From Scenedesmus sp. PABB004 (Eukaryota): a stretch of DNA of 64,000 nt. Both the position numbers and the translations under genes were made by a program. The notes below the pieces were generated by a model. That model saw only the letters and a list, made by a program, of their open reading frames with translations, made no database searches and had not been told where the DNA came from. Shown here in pieces: positions 1-13,278 of this stretch; the first letter of the stretch is position 1, and each line of letters begins with the position of its first letter. The stretch covers positions 744,001 to 808,000 of the forward strand of contig JABVCE010000013.1 of NCBI GenBank assembly GCA_014905635.1, written 5' to 3'.

Positions 1-3000
1 AGCGTCGGCGACAGCGGCGTCATGGGCAACCAGGTGCGCGCCAGGGTTTAGGGGCCAGGCTGGGCCGGGCGCAGCCGGGCGCGCCGTGGCAGCTGGCGGC
101 GCAGCTGGGCCCGGCCGGCCGCCGGCGGGCTCGCGCGCGGCGGCGCGTAAACCCACGCCCCGCGCGTCGCGCCGCCAGGTCGGCACGTCGATCTTCAACG
201 TCGGCTCCATCAGCGAGGCGGTGGGCATGATGAACACGCAGGTGCGCGGGCGGCAGCAGGGGCGGGTGCAGCAGCGTCAAGGGCGGGCGCAGCAGCAGCG
301 AGGGCGGCGGCGGGGCGAGCGGCGGGCTCACGCCGCCGCGTCGCCGCTGCGCAGGTCGGCACCATCCCCGCGGGCCAGGCGATCGTGCAGGACGCCATGG
401 CGCCGTCGCCATACTACTTCTCTGGTGCGCGGCCGGGGCGGGCGTGCCGCGGCGCAGCGGGGCGCGGCGGCGGCAGCAGGCTGGGCGGGGCGGACGCAGC
501 GGGGCCGGCGGCGGCCGACCGCGCGCCGCGCCCGCGGCCCGCCGCGCAGGCACGACGCAGCAGTCGTACACCACGCAGCTGGCCTGCCCCGACTCGAGCA
601 TCATCACCAACGAGGCGACGCTCACCGCCGCGACGGGGCAGCAGGTCAAGCAGGCCGCGACGGTGCAGAAGCTCTGCTTCGACCTCCAGGTGCGGCCCGC
701 AAGCAGCAGGCGCAGCAGCAGTTTACACCGCGGGCGCTCGCCTGCTGGGTTGCCGCCGCGCGCTGAGCCGCCGCCACCGCCGCCACCGCGCCGCCGCCGC
801 GCAGGTGCGCCTGTCCCAGACGGCGACGCCGTTTGTCGGCAAGTGGGGCTGGTCGGTCACCAAGACCGCGAGCGCGGCCAACATCACGCTCAAGCCGAGC
901 GAGACGAGCTGGGACAAGTTTGTGAAGCAGCAGATGGACCTCGCGATCGCGGGCGGCACCGAGCCGTCCGCCGCGCTCGCGGCGATCACGGGCGGGCAGA
1001 ACTACAGCGCGCTCGCGTCGGCGGCGATGCCGGGGACGACCAACGAGGAGATCACATACACCGTGGCCTTCACGCGCAGCGCGCCCGCGGGCATGGCCGG
1101 CGGCGGCCCCGCGTTCCAGACGACCGGCGACGTGTTCATCACCAACAGCTCCCCGCTCAACGCGCAGCTCAAGGAGGTGCAGGTGTCCATCTCCAACCCC
1201 TTCGGCGGCATGCCCTACACCGGCACCGCCGCGTGCCCGCTGATGACGGTCGCGGCGGGGCAGACGCTCACGTGCCGCTACGTCGCGACGCCGAGCTTTA
1301 ACCCCGTGGGCGCGCAGATCACCGCGAGCGCGGTGTACCTGAACAACCGCAACGGCGTGCCCTCCGGCGCGACCACGGCGTTCGCGTCGGCGCCGCTCAT
1401 CGTCGGCGGCGGCGCGCCCGCCGGCGCGGCCGCGCCGGGCCGCAAGCTCCAGGCCGCGGCCGCGGGCGGCGGCGCCGCCGGCGGCGCGCCCGGCGCGGTC
1501 GAGAACATCGCCCAGGTGCTCGGCGGCCTGCTGCGCCCGCTCGACAGCAGCAGCGACGGCGACAAGGACACCACCACGCTGCCGCCCGTGGTCGGCCGGC
1601 CGAGCGTGTCGCTGCCGGCGATCGCGGTGCCGAGCCTGACCAAGAAGGGCGACGCGCCGGCGTCGGGCGACGAGTCCAACCCGCTCGCGGGCTTTGGCAA
1701 GTTTGTTACCGACATCGCCAAGAAGGTCAACGACAACGCGCCCCAGCTGACGATGAACGTCGTGGACGTCGCCGACATGCTCCCCAAGCTGCCGCCCCTG
1801 CACGGCAAGGGCGGCGCGCCCGCGGCGTCGCCCGCGCCGGAGCCGACCGTCGCCGTCGCGGCCAACCCGAGCGCGCCGCCGACCGTCGCCGCGGCGGCGG
1901 CCAACCCGAGCGCGCCGCCGACGCTGCCGGCCGTCGCGGCGACGCCCGGGCGCCCCGCGCCGACGACGTTCGACCTCAAGGGCCTGCAGCAGGAGTGCGT
2001 GGAGGTGAAGGACCTCTTCGCCAAGGGCGACGGCTACGTGACCGGCATGCTCGTCGCCGGGACCTTCCCGTCCGGCCGCATCTGCGAGTCGACCACCTTC
2101 ACCTACCGCGTGCGCTACGGGCCCTTTGCCGACTGCTTCGACAAGGTCGCCGTCAACCAGGCGACCTGGTCGGCCGCCGACACGGGCGCGTCGGGCAACG
2201 CGTCGACGAGCACCGGCGTCAAGGTCCTCGGCTGCGGCGCCGCCGTCGCGGCCAAGGCCAAGTCGTACGCGGTGTGGGCGAAGCGCAGCTACAGCTGGGC
2301 GGTCAAGAAGAGCGTGTCGCCCGCGACCGTGACCGTCGCGGCGGGCAAGCCGGCCAAGGCGACGTACGCGATCGACTACACGCGCACCGACATCCTGGTC
2401 AACCCCAAGCTCTCGGCGACGCTGCAGTTTGACAACCTCGGCGCGTCGCCGCTGTCGCTGACCTCGTTCGCGTACACGATCCGCTCCGACTGCCCCGCCG
2501 GGCCCAAGACCAAGACGGGCACGTTCAAGTGCGCGGCGAGCACCATCCCCGCCGGCGGCGCGCCGCTGAGCTGCCAGCTCCAGACCGACCTCCCCTGCGT
2601 CGGCCCCGGCGTGCTCATGGCCCAGGCGCAGGCCGCGGGGCAGCTCGTGAGCAGCGTGCCCTTCGAGTTCCCGGCGCCCAAGTCGATCGACACGCTCACC
2701 GACAGCGAGTGCGCGATCGTGGTGGACGAGTTCCAGCCCGGCGAGGGCCTCGTCAACGGCAGCGTCGCGGCGGGCATGCGCCCGTACGGCAAGCTCTGCG
2801 GCAGCAAGGCGTTTGAGTACACCGCGACGTTCGGGCCCTTCACCGACTGCGGCAAGCGCAAGGTGCGCCGGCGCGGGCGCGGCGGCGGCGCCGCCGGGCG
2901 GGGCGGGCCCCTGCCGGGGCGCGGGCGGGGGCGCGTGCAGCGCCGGCCTGGCAGAGCTGGGCTGCGGTGCCTGCCAGCCGCGTGTGCCGCCGTCCTCTCA

Positions 3001-3691
3001 CGCGCCCGCGTCCTGCGCCCCCGCGCAGGCCATCAGCAGCGCGAGCCTGACCACGGGCGAGCCGACCAAGAGCGTGAGCACCGACACCACGCTGCTCATC
3101 GACGTGACCGGCTGCGACGTGTACACGCCCATCGGCGGCGCCGCGGCCGCGCCCGCGCCCGCGGCCGAGGCGGACGGCGAGCCCGAGGTCACCGCCACGA
3201 GCGGCATGCGCCTCGGCGCGCCGGCCAAGGCCGGCGCGACCGCGACCGCGGCGGCCAAGGGCGCGGCGCCGACCAAGTGCGTGAGCTCGGTGTCCTTCTG
3301 GAAGGGCTGCATGGCCTCCGCCACGCCGGCGGGGCGCTGCGCGACGGTGCTCAAGCTGCCCACGGGCCCCGCGACCGCGTTCTTCCCTATGCCGCACGTC
3401 CGCACTGTGCGCACGTACAAGGGCATCATGTCCAAGGGCACCGCGTCGGGCTTCAAGGCCACCGACGCCTGGTACCGCGCGGCCCAGGCGGTCGCGGCGG
3501 CGCAGCTCAACGAGCTCGCCGGCGTGCCGCTGCCGGGCGCGGCGCGCGACGCGCTGAGCCTCGCGGGCGCCGCGGTCAGCGCGGCGACGTCGAGCCCGCC
3601 CGTGCTCGCGAGCGAGCTGCAGGGCGTGGCCAACGCGGTCGCGGCGCTCGAGAAGTTCAGCGCGGGCCAGGCCGGCGTGCCCGCGTGCTGA
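1..3691 (+). CDS. 5'-partial, probably secreted/cell-wall protein with two internal Cys-containing beta-rich repeats
   Basis: Exons joined by GT-AG introns at about 34-178, 242-354, 425-549, 690-804 and 2863-3028; stop TGA 3689-3691. Duplicated blocks WGWSVTKTA..YTVAFTR / YSWAVKKSV..YAIDYTR and ECVEVKDLF..GPFADC / ECAIVVDEF..GPFTDC; Pro/Ala linker; RKLQ motif. Start lies upstream of the window. Confidence 0.75.
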
Positions 3692-4514
3692 GCGCGCGCG
3701 CGCACGCCGCGTGGCGGCGGCGGGCTTCGCCTGACCGCCTCATTTCATTGTGCTGGTTGCGCCGCGCGCGCAGCCGCGGCGGCGGCGGGCCCACGGCCGC
3801 GGCTCGCCGCGCGGCGCCGGGCTGCAGCGCTGCATTGCGGCTGGTGCACCTCAGCAGGGCCCCGGAGGGACCGGGCGGGGAGGGCGGGGAGCGGGCAGCG
3901 ACCTCTAGGAGGATACTTGAGAACCGTGGGCGCCGCGATGCGCCACCGCCGCCGCCGCCGCTGCTGCTGCTGCCGGTGGCCTGCGCTGATTGATTGGCGG
4001 CGGGCCGCGCAGCAGCCGGCGCGCGCGGCGGCATGGTTGACCGCCCACGCTCACACGGCGGCCGATTCAATCAATTGTGACCGCGGGCTGCTCTGGTTTT
4101 GGTTTGGACACTGCGCGCGCGAGCACACGGGTAACCGCCCCACGCGAGGTTTCAGGGCGCCGCGCACGCCCCAAACCCTGCAGTGCCGGCGTTGTTGTGC
4201 GCGCCGGCACCACCGGCTCTCCACACCGCTCCACTTTCTCAGCCCGTGCACCGCTCTTTCGCTCGCGCGCCACCCCCGTCCGCGCCCTGCGTCGACGCAG
4301 CAGCGCCGCGCCGCCGCCGCGCCGGGCCGAGCGGCAGCCGAGCCCAGCCGCCGGAGCGAGCAACGGCCAGCTCTGGCTCCCGGTCCGGGACAGCGGCGGC
4401 CTCCATCCGCGCAGAGGAAGGCAGCTGCTGCTGCGCCATCACTGCCCCCCCCCCCCCCCGCCCGCTGAGCCGCCCGGCGGCCGCCTGATGCGCACGTGAC
4501 GTGAGGAGGGCGCC

Positions 4515-5016
4515 ATGCCGCCCAAGAAGCGCCGGCAGCGCGTGCAGACGGCCAGCGCGGTCGCCAAGGCGCACGTCCAGGACACCACCCGCCTCATCAA
4601 CCAGGCGCTCGCGGACGGCCAGGTGCGGGTCCTGGGCCCGGGAGCCACCGGGGCACCGGCCGGCGGTGCCAGCCGCTGCGACGCCGCCGCAGCGCCGCTG
4701 CTGCCGGCGCGCCCGCTGCGCGCCGCTGCCGGGGGCGCACGCACGCGCAGGCAGCGCGGCGCCCGGCAGGCAGCGCGGCGCCCGGGTGGCAGCCCACCGC
4801 CGGCACGCCCGCAGGACATTGCGCAGCTGCGCAAGCTGGCGGCGGTGCGGGGACTGGTCAGCAACGACCTGCGCGCCAAGCTCTGGCCCTGCCTCCTCGC
4901 GGGCGCGGCACCCGGCGCCGGCGCGCTGGTGCTCCCGCCGCCGCCGTCCGGCGGCAGCGGCGCGGTGCGGCGTGCGAGCGGCAGCGGCGACGGCGGCAGC
5001 GGCAGCGGCAGCAGCA

Positions 5017-5069
<53 letters not shown>

Positions 5070-6687
5070 CCCGCGCACGCGGGCGGGCCGGGGCCGCCCG
5101 ACCCGCAGCGCCTGTACCTCGACTGGGCGGCCGGCAGCCACAAGGACAGCGGCACGGTGCGCGTCGACGTCGAGCGGTCGCTGCACTCCTTTGCCGCGTT
5201 CCTGTCCTGCGAGGAGCGCGCGGCGCGGCGCGTGGAGCTCGAGCGCATGCTGAATGCGGTCGTTGTGCGCCACGAGGGTGCGGGCCGCGGCGAGCGCCGT
5301 GCACGCCGCGCGCGCCGCGGCCGCGCCGCGCCGCGCCGCGCCGCCCCACGCGCCGCGCCCGCGCCGCGCGCCGCGCCGCGCGCCGCCGCCGCCGCCGCCG
5401 CCGCCCCCAGGCGCGGTGCACTACTACCAGGGCCTGCACGACGTCGCGGCCGTGCTGCTGCTCGTGTCGGGCGAGCCCGCCGGCTTTGACCTGCTCTGCC
5501 GCCTCGCGACGGGGCACCTGCGCGACGCGACGCGCGCGAGCCTCGACCCCGTGATCGAGCTGCTGGGCATCATGGCGCCCATCCTGGAGGCGGCCGACCC
5601 CGAGCTCGCCGCGTGCGTGGAGCGGCACGGCCTGCCGCCCTTCTACGCGCTCAGCTGGTTCCTCACCTGGTTCGCGCACGACCTCACCGACTTTGGCGAG
5701 GCACGTGGCCGGTCGCACCCGGCGGCGGCGCTGCACGCGGCGGCGCTGTGCGGCGTCGCGCCCGCCGCGCCCCGTGCTGCGCGCCGCGCCGCCTCACGCC
5801 GCGCGCCGCGTGCCGCGTGCCGCGCACCGCCTCATGCCTCATGCCTCGTGCCGCGCCGCCTCATGCCTCCTGCCGCGCGCCGCACGCCGCGTGCCCGCCC
5901 AGGTGTGCCGCCTGTACGACCTCTTCCTCGCAACCCACCCGCTCATGCCCCTCTACGTCGGCGCCGCCGCGATGCGCAGCCAGCGGCGCGCGCTGCTGGC
6001 GGCCGAGGAGATGCCCGTGCTGCACAGCAAGCTCGTCAACCTCGCCGTCACAAAGCGCGCGACCGCGGACCAGCTCGCCGTGCAGGTCCGGCGCGGGCGA
6101 GCGCGCCTCGCGCCCGCCGCGCCCGCCAGCGCTCCTCGCGCCCGCCGGCCGGCGGCGCGCTCACCTCACCTCGCCGCCGCGCTGTGCGGCCGCGCGTTTT
6201 TCCTGCTGCGTCGTGTTCAGGCGATCGAGCTGTTCAAGCGCGCGCCGCCGTACCAGATCATCGGCGCGCGCGGGCTGCAGCTGCAGCAGTGCATCGCGCC
6301 GCGCGTCGCGCTGCGCGGCGGCGTCTGGCAGTACCCCGAGCCGCGGTCGGTCGGGCCGGGGCTGTGGAGCCAGGCGCGGCTGCAGGCGCTCGTGCAGACG
6401 ATGATCCGCCTGCCGCTGCCGGGTGCGTCGCGCCGCGCCGCCGCCGCCGGCTGCCGCGCGCCGCTCCGCGCGCAGCGCGCCGAGGCCCACCGCCGTGCCG
6501 CCGCCGCCGCCGCCGCCGCCGCCGCGCGCGCGCAGGCACGCTCGCGCAGCGCAAGCGCCTCGTCGTCGCGTCGCTGACGGGCGTGCTCGGCAGCATTTAC
6601 GTCGTTGCCATGTGCGTGTTGATGGCGCGCGGCGGCGGCGGGCCCCACGGCGGAGCGTCGCCGCTGGCGATGCTCTACAAGCTCTGA
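4515..6687 (+). CDS. TBC1D20: TBC-domain Rab GTPase-activating protein, TBC1D20/Gyp8-like, with C-terminal TM anchor
   Basis: Spliced protein has LRAKLWPCLL, VRVDVERSL (Arg finger), YYQGLHDVAAVLL (Gln finger), ALSWFLTWFAHD, RLYDLFLATHPLMPLYV and a hydrophobic tail LVVASLTGVLGSIYVVAMCVLM; 5 introns. Confidence 0.88.
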
Positions 6688-6769
6688 CGCGCGCGCGCGG
6701 GAGGCGCGCATGCGCCTCCCCCTCCGGCCGGCGCCGCGAGGCGCGAGCGCCCTCTGTACCTTCTTTCCC

Positions 6770-6774
6770 TGTAA
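6770..6774 (+). promoter_or_regulatory. TGTAA chlorophyte polyadenylation signal
   Basis: TGTAA about 80 nt downstream of the TBC stop; TGTAA is the established green-algal poly(A) signal. Confidence 0.6.
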
Positions 6775-7147
6775 CGCCGGTGCGCAACGGGCCCACTGAC
6801 AGAGCCGCTGAGGAGCCGCTGAGCGCGGCGAGCGCGCGAGGGCCGCGGCGCGCGGCGGTGCAAGCTATGGCCGCGGCGGCGCAGCGCCGTGCCGCCGCCG
6901 CGCCTGCGTGGCGCCCGGTCGCGCTCCACATCGTGTCACAGCTCCCCTGCGCCCGATTGGCGGTGCTGCTGCAGGCACACCGCGGTCAACCCCGGCCTCG
7001 CTGCTTGTGCCTCCGCACGCACACTCCGACCCGTGACGCGCTGCAGCTCCTAGAGTCGTTGGCGCCTTCCCGCAGCCGCGCAGCCGTGCAGGCGGACCGG
7101 CCGCGCCGCTGCAGGCGGACCCCGCGGACCCCCGCAGCAGCTGCGCC

Positions 7148-7354
7148 ATGGCGCGCCCCTGCGCCATCCGCGCGGCCCTGGGCGTGGCGCTGGGCCTGGC
7201 CCTGCTGGGGGCCGTCGCACAGGCCGCAGTGGACCCCCCGCCGGTCGACGTCTGCCCCGCCGGCAGCCTGTACAAGGCGCGGGATGGCTGGCGCGCCGCG
7301 GCGCGCTCCTGCGCGCGCAGCCGCCGACGCTGAGTCTCCGCCAGCCAGCCCCAC

Positions 7355-7403
<49 letters not shown>

Positions 7404-10400
7404 GGCGCCGCCGCGCGCAGACGCTGCCGTTCCTCAAGGCCGCCACGCCGGGTGCCATCACCGCGCTGCTGACCGACCCCGCCGGCGGCGGCGGCATCCG
7501 GCTTGACATGGCGCGCCTGCGCGTCTTCATCCAGAAGACCATGGTCCCCATGGTGCGTGTTGCCCACGCGCGCGCCCGGGGGCTCACGCCCAGCGCGCCG
7601 CACCGACGCGCCGCACTCGCGCTCGCGCGCTGCGCCGCAGATCGGGGCCAACGTGTTCTTCCTGGCGCTGGCCGCGCTCTTCCTCATAATCTTCCTGCTC
7701 TGGTGGGGCGCCGCCCACCCATCCACAGCGCGCCGCCGCGGCGCCGAGCGCCGCGCGCTGAGCGGCCGGCCCCGCGCCGCCGCCCCTGCCGCCGGCCGGC
7801 CCGCGCAGGCGCTTCCTGCGCTTCTGCTGCTACATGGTGTGCTGCCGCGGCAGCTGCGACGCGCGGCGCGCCAAGCACAACCCCTTCAAGATGCTCTTCA
7901 GCCGCGGCACCAAGGTCCTCAAGGTGCGGCGGCCAACCGGCCGACCGGCGCCCGCCCGCACGAGCGTCGCTGGCGGCGACGAGAGTTGACCGCCCGCCGC
8001 CTGCCGCCGCGCCCCCCGCAGGGCTTCATAGTGCTATTTGGGCTCGTCGCGATCGCGTTTGCGGCGTACGGCATGGCCACGGTGCGCCGCGACGTCGTGG
8101 GCGGCGCGTTTGAGGTCGTCGACTCGCTCGCAAACTACACGAGCCGCGTCGCGGGCACCGTGGACGCGCTGCTGGGGACCATCGACGGCGTCGGCGGCGC
8201 GATTGATGACTTCCAGGCCGTCGTGCGCGGCGACCTTGACGCCGGCGGGCTGGCTGCCAACCTCACGGTGCGCGCGCGCGCGCCGCGCGCGCGCGCGCGC
8301 GCGGCGCTCGCCGGGCGCGCAGCACGCGCGCCGCGTCTCACGCACGCCCCGTGTCGCACACGCCGGGCCCCCGGCGGCGCAGGCGGTCGGCGCCTTCCTG
8401 GACGGCATGCCCGCGCCGGCCGCGCTCGTGGCGCGGTCGGCCGCGCTGTCGGCGGCGTACGCCGGGCTCAAGGCCGCGCCCGCGGGGCCGCTGGAGCAGC
8501 TCAAGGTCGCGACGGCCGCCTTCTCTGCCGACATCACGGCCCTGGACCCGCAGCTCGCGCTGCTTGACACGGCGCCCGCGCCGGGCGCGTTCACCGCGAT
8601 GCGCACGCTTGCCGGCGACGCGCAGACGGCGCGCGGCGCGGTCGACTGGACCTCCGGCACCGCGCCCGCGTGAGCCACGGGTCAAACCCCGCGGCGCGCG
8701 CGCTGGCTCGCGGCCGCGGCGGGGCGCGTGGCGTGCGCCCGGCCCTGACGCGCGCCCGCCCGCCCACCGCGCGTGCGCAGGGCGCCCAAGCTCGCCGACC
8801 TGGACGCCGCGGTGGACGCGCTCATCGCCGCGCGCGCGGGCTTTGTGGCCGACTGCGGCACCGTGATCGGCGCGATTGACTACGTCGCCGCCGCCCAGAC
8901 GCCGACGACCAACCCCTTCTCAAGTGAGCCCTGCCGCGCGCGCCCGGCGGCCCCGCCGCCGCCGGCATCCAGCGGCCTGCCGGCGCCGCCGCTGAGCGCG
9001 CGCATGACCCCCCCCCCCCGCCGCAGAGCTGCGCACCAAGGTGGCGGCCGTGCTGACCGCCGTGGCCAGCATCCAGAGCCAGGCGACGTCGCTCGCGACC
9101 AACATCACCGCCCTGCAGACGCAGGCGCGGCTGCGGCGGCGGCGGGGGAGCCAGCGGGTGGCGCCGCGGGCGGTGGTGCCACGCACCCTGCGGGCCCCGG
9201 CCGACGCCCGCCCGCTCGCCTCCCGCGCGCGCGCGCGCAGCACGCCGGCGTGCAGCCGGTGCTCGCGGGGCTGCTGGCCAAGCTGGACGCGGTCAACGCC
9301 ACTGTCGTCGCCCTCACCACCAGCATGGCCTCCGCGTCGGCCGGCCTCGTCGCGGCCAACACGCAGCTGGTGCGCCGCAGGCCGCGTGCACGCGCCGCGA
9401 ACTGCAGCAGAGCTGCAGTAGCAGCCGACGTCGCCGCCGGCTCCCGCCTGTGCGTCACTGCCGCCGCTCGCTCCACCCCGCAGGACGCCGTGTTTGCCGC
9501 CACGCCCAGCCCCGCGACCTCGGCGGCCGCGCTGACCGCCTTCAGCGGCGCCATGGTCTCCACGGCGCCCGTGTCGGCGCTGGACGCGCTGCTCGTGACC
9601 GGCGAGACGCGCCTCGCCGCGCTCGGCAGCGGCGCGGCGGCGTACCGGGCCTGGGTCCTCGCGGCGCAGTGAGCGCGCGCGCGCGCCACGGCGTGGCGGG
9701 CCCAGGCCTGCGTCGCACTCGCGTGTCCTCACGCGTCCTCACGCGCGCCTCCCTGCCTGCTCCGCCCCCGCGTAGGACCGCCGCCGGCGCGAGCCTGGGC
9801 ACGGCGCTGGCCGACTTCAAGGCCGCGCTCACGACGTCGACCACCGCCCCCAGCGCGGGGCAGTGGGCCACGCTGCGCGCGAGCCCCACACTCACCGCCT
9901 TTTTCGTCGCCCTTGACGCGCTCGGCGCGCCCGCGAGCTCCACCGGCGCGCTCGGCAGCGTCACGCCCGCCGCCGGCGCCGCGGCGCAGGCGACGTCGGC
10001 GCGCGGGGCGTGCGGGCCGGCCGTGACCGCGACGCCGGCGGCGGACGCGTACGCGACGAGCGCGCAGGGCGCGTCGCCGGCGCTGCCCGACCTGAGCGTC
10101 CTGCTCGCCGGCCTGGGCGCGGTGTCGACGACGCTGGCCGGCTTTGGCACCCCGTACAGCGCGGTGCGCGGCCGGCTGCGCGCGGAGCGCGCCGCAGGCG
10201 CCCCTGCCTCCCTGAACGCCCCCTCCCCCCCCCCCCTCCCTCCGCCTGCGCGCAGGTCACCGCCGGCGCGCAGGCCGACCTGGCGACCCTCGAGGCGGCC
10301 GCGATCACGGGCGGCGACGCGGTGAAGGCCCAGATCGCGTCCACGCGCGCGGGCGTGGCGGGCAGCATCGACCAGGTCAGGGCCATGGTCGCCGGCCGCC

Positions 10401-11701
10401 TCGGCAGCCTGCGCGCCGACTACGGGGGCACCGCGCGCGCGGTCGACACCTACCGGTGCGCGCGCGCGGGGCTGGCCACGCGGCTCGGCCGCCTGCCGCG
10501 CACGCACGTGTGCGCGGCCAGTCGTGCGGCCGCTCACCCCTCGTCCCTCGGCCCTCCCTCGGCGCCCCTGGACCTGCCCGCGCGCGCGCAGGTACCAGGC
10601 CTCCATGGCGCTCTACGCCGTGTCGGTGCTCCTCGTCCTCCTCCTACTGTGCGCGGCGGCGCTGCACTACCACTTTGGCGCCAACCTCAGCACGCTGCTG
10701 CTGCTGGCCGTCACGGTGCTGTACCTCCTGCTCGCGCTGCTCATTGCGCTGCTCGTGTCGGGCCTCGCGCTCGGCTGCGGCGAGGTCGAGCCGCTCGTCG
10801 TGCGCCTCGCGCCCGCGGGCTTCACGCCGCTGCTGCGGTGCGCGGCGCGCGACGCGCGCGTGCTGCGCGCCGCGCGTGCTGTGCGCCGCGCGTCCTGCGT
10901 GCCCGGTGAGCCCATGCGACCGCCGTGCCCGCGCCCGCCCGGCGCAGGTACTACTTTTACGGCGAGGGCGCGAGCGTCAAGGCGGTGCTCGCGTCGAGCG
11001 GCGTGGTGGACGTGGACGCCTTGCTCGCGGAGGTCGCGTCGAGCCAGGCCGACGTCGCGGGCAGCCTGGCGAGCGCCTTCACCTTCCGCCCCGGCCCGCT
11101 CGCGGTGATGGGCCGCCTCAACACCAGCGTGTCGGGCGTGGCGACCGGCGTCGACGCGGTGCTGGCGGGCTTTGGGCGCGACGCGGTGCTGCCCGTGTAT
11201 GGCCAGGTCAAGGGCCTCGTCTGCTGCGCCGTGCCCGACACGCTCGCGTCGATGTGGACCGGCCTCACCTTTGCGGGTGGGTCGAGGGCTCGGCTGGGGG
11301 CCGCGGGAGCGCGCGCGCGCGCGGGGCGCCGCGCCGCGCCGCCGACGCGTGCGCGCTGGCGCGCCGCCGACGCGTGCGCGCTGGCCGACCTCCGCCCCCG
11401 CCTGCCGCGCGGCTCAGGCATTTTTGCGTTTGCGCTCATCTTCTGCACCTTCTTCCTCATCGGCAAGCTCGACCAGCTCCCGCGCCGCGACGCGTGCGGG
11501 TGCACGTGCCACACGGCCTCCAAGTACGCCGGCACCGTCTTCCCCGACGCGCTGCCCCAGTTTGCGACGCCCGGCTTTGACGCGCCGCTCGGGCCGTACG
11601 AGGCGCCCGGCGCGCCTGGCGGCGGCGGCGCGTGGGACGGCGGCGAGGCGGCAGCGCACGTCACGGTCAACGCGCCCGGCGGCAAGGGCGGCGGCTACTG
11701 A
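7148..11701 (+). CDS. Signal peptide plus 5-TM membrane protein with prominin/tweety-like topology
   Basis: About 15 exons. Signal peptide MARPCAIRAALGVALGLALLGAVAQA; TM1 followed by a Cys cluster RFCCYMVCCRGSC; TM2; long Ala/Leu helical ectodomain; TM3-TM4 ending LALGC; second loop with LVCC; TM5; cytosolic tail; stop TGA 11699-11701. Confidence 0.7.
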
Positions 11702-11984
11702 GCGCCGCGCTCGAGCGCGCCGCCGTGCACGCGTGGGGGCCTTTCGGGGGCGGGGACGGCGTGGGGGGGGGGGGGCTTTGCACTCTGCATGCGGGGCGGG
11801 GCTTTGGAGGGCCCGAGCCCTGGCGTCACGACGCTCGCGTGCCGTGCCGCACCGCTCCACCGGGCGCATGCGGCAGCCCCGACTGCAGCAACAGCCGGCA
11901 CCGCCGCCGCCGCAGCCGCGCGCCGCCGCTCGCCAGCGTGCGGAGCGCCGCAGCCACAGCCGCAGCCGCCGCCGCCGTGCCGCG

Positions 11985-13278
11985 ATGCCGCCGCTGGCGT
12001 TCCAGCCACGACCAGCAGCGCGCCATGTCTGCAGCGGCTCCGCGGCTGGCGCCGGGCGGGCGGGCGGGCAGCAGGTGAGCAGCGGCGGCGGCGCGCAGGA
12101 GCCGCGGCTCAGCCCGGCGCGGCCTGGCGAGCGGCCTGGCTCGCGCGGCTGCTGATGTGCGGTCACGGCTCCGAACCGGGCCGCCCGCCAGACCGCCGCG
12201 CTCCGCCATGCCGCCGCTGGCGGGGCCGTCGCTGCTGCCGACGGCGCCACCGCCGCCGCCGCGCAGGTGCCAGCAGCGCGGCCGCAGCTGCGGCAGCGGG
12301 CGGTGCAGCAGCAGCATCTGCAGCTGCTCCAGCAACGGCAGCAGCAGCACGCGCGGCAGCGGCGGCAGCGGTGCGCCGCGGCGGGCGGAGCCAACGGCGA
12401 CGGCGGCGCGCCTGCCCCGCGGTCCTTTGACGACGACGCCGACAGCGGGCTGGGCAAGCTGCGCTTCAACAAGCGCGAGAGCGAGCTCCCCAAGGAGCTG
12501 CAGGGTGCGCGTGCGGGGGCGCGGCGCGGCGGCGCGCCGGGCTCGCGGTGCGCCGGGCTCGCGCTGCCGCGCCGCGCGAGCCGCGCCCGCCGCCGCGCCC
12601 CAGGCCTGGAGATCAGCGAAGAGGGCGACCTGGTTGACACGCGGACGGGCAAGGTGATCAACGAGTTTGGCGCGACGCGCTTCGACGTCGCGGTGCGCGC
12701 GCTGCGCGGCGAGCTCGACCCCGCGCCGTGGGTCGAGAACACGGAGCGCAACCCCGGCGTGCTCATGAGCAAGCTCGTGAGCTTTCCCACGCCCTACACC
12801 TTCCAGGCGCGCGCGCGCGTGGCGGGCAGGGGCAGGGGCGAGGGGAGCGGCCTCACGATAGGCCGCGCGCCGCCGCGTTGGCGCGCGCCGACGCCGGCCG
12901 CGCGGGCCGGCGCCGGCCGCGCAGGTGGTCGGCAAGCCCGGCGGCGCGCCCAAGGAGGCGTTCGTGGCCGACATGGTCGCCGCGGTGTCGCGCGCGTGCG
13001 AGGCGGCGGTGCGGGACGAGGACGTGACCGTGCGGGTGCGGCGCGCCGCGCAGCGCGCGGTCGCAGCACGCGGTTGACGCGCCGCCGCCGGCGCGGGCGC
13101 GCGGCCGAGCGGGAGCGCGTCGCCACCCTGCCCCCTCTGCCCCCGGGGCGCCGCGCAGGAGCGGCTGGGCGGCAAGTACGTGAGCGTCGGCATCACGGTC
13201 AGCGTGCGCGCGCCCGAGGTCATCGCGGCCGCGTTTGACGCCATCGGGCGCGACGAGCGCGTGACCATGAAGTTTTGA
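11985..13278 (+). CDS. DUF493 (YbeD-like ferredoxin-fold) protein, probably plastid-targeted
   Basis: ATG 11985 exon splices in phase (12074/12267) to ...GDLVDTRTGKVINEFGATRFDVAVRALRG...LVSFPTPYTFQ|VVGK...ERLGGKYVSVGITVSV..IGRDERVTMKF*. The start exon is inferred. Confidence 0.75.

Noticed and set aside
12208..12266. Alternative ATG for the DUF493 gene
   Set aside because: Out of frame with the conserved domain; the ATG at 11985 splices in phase, placing 12208 inside the intron.
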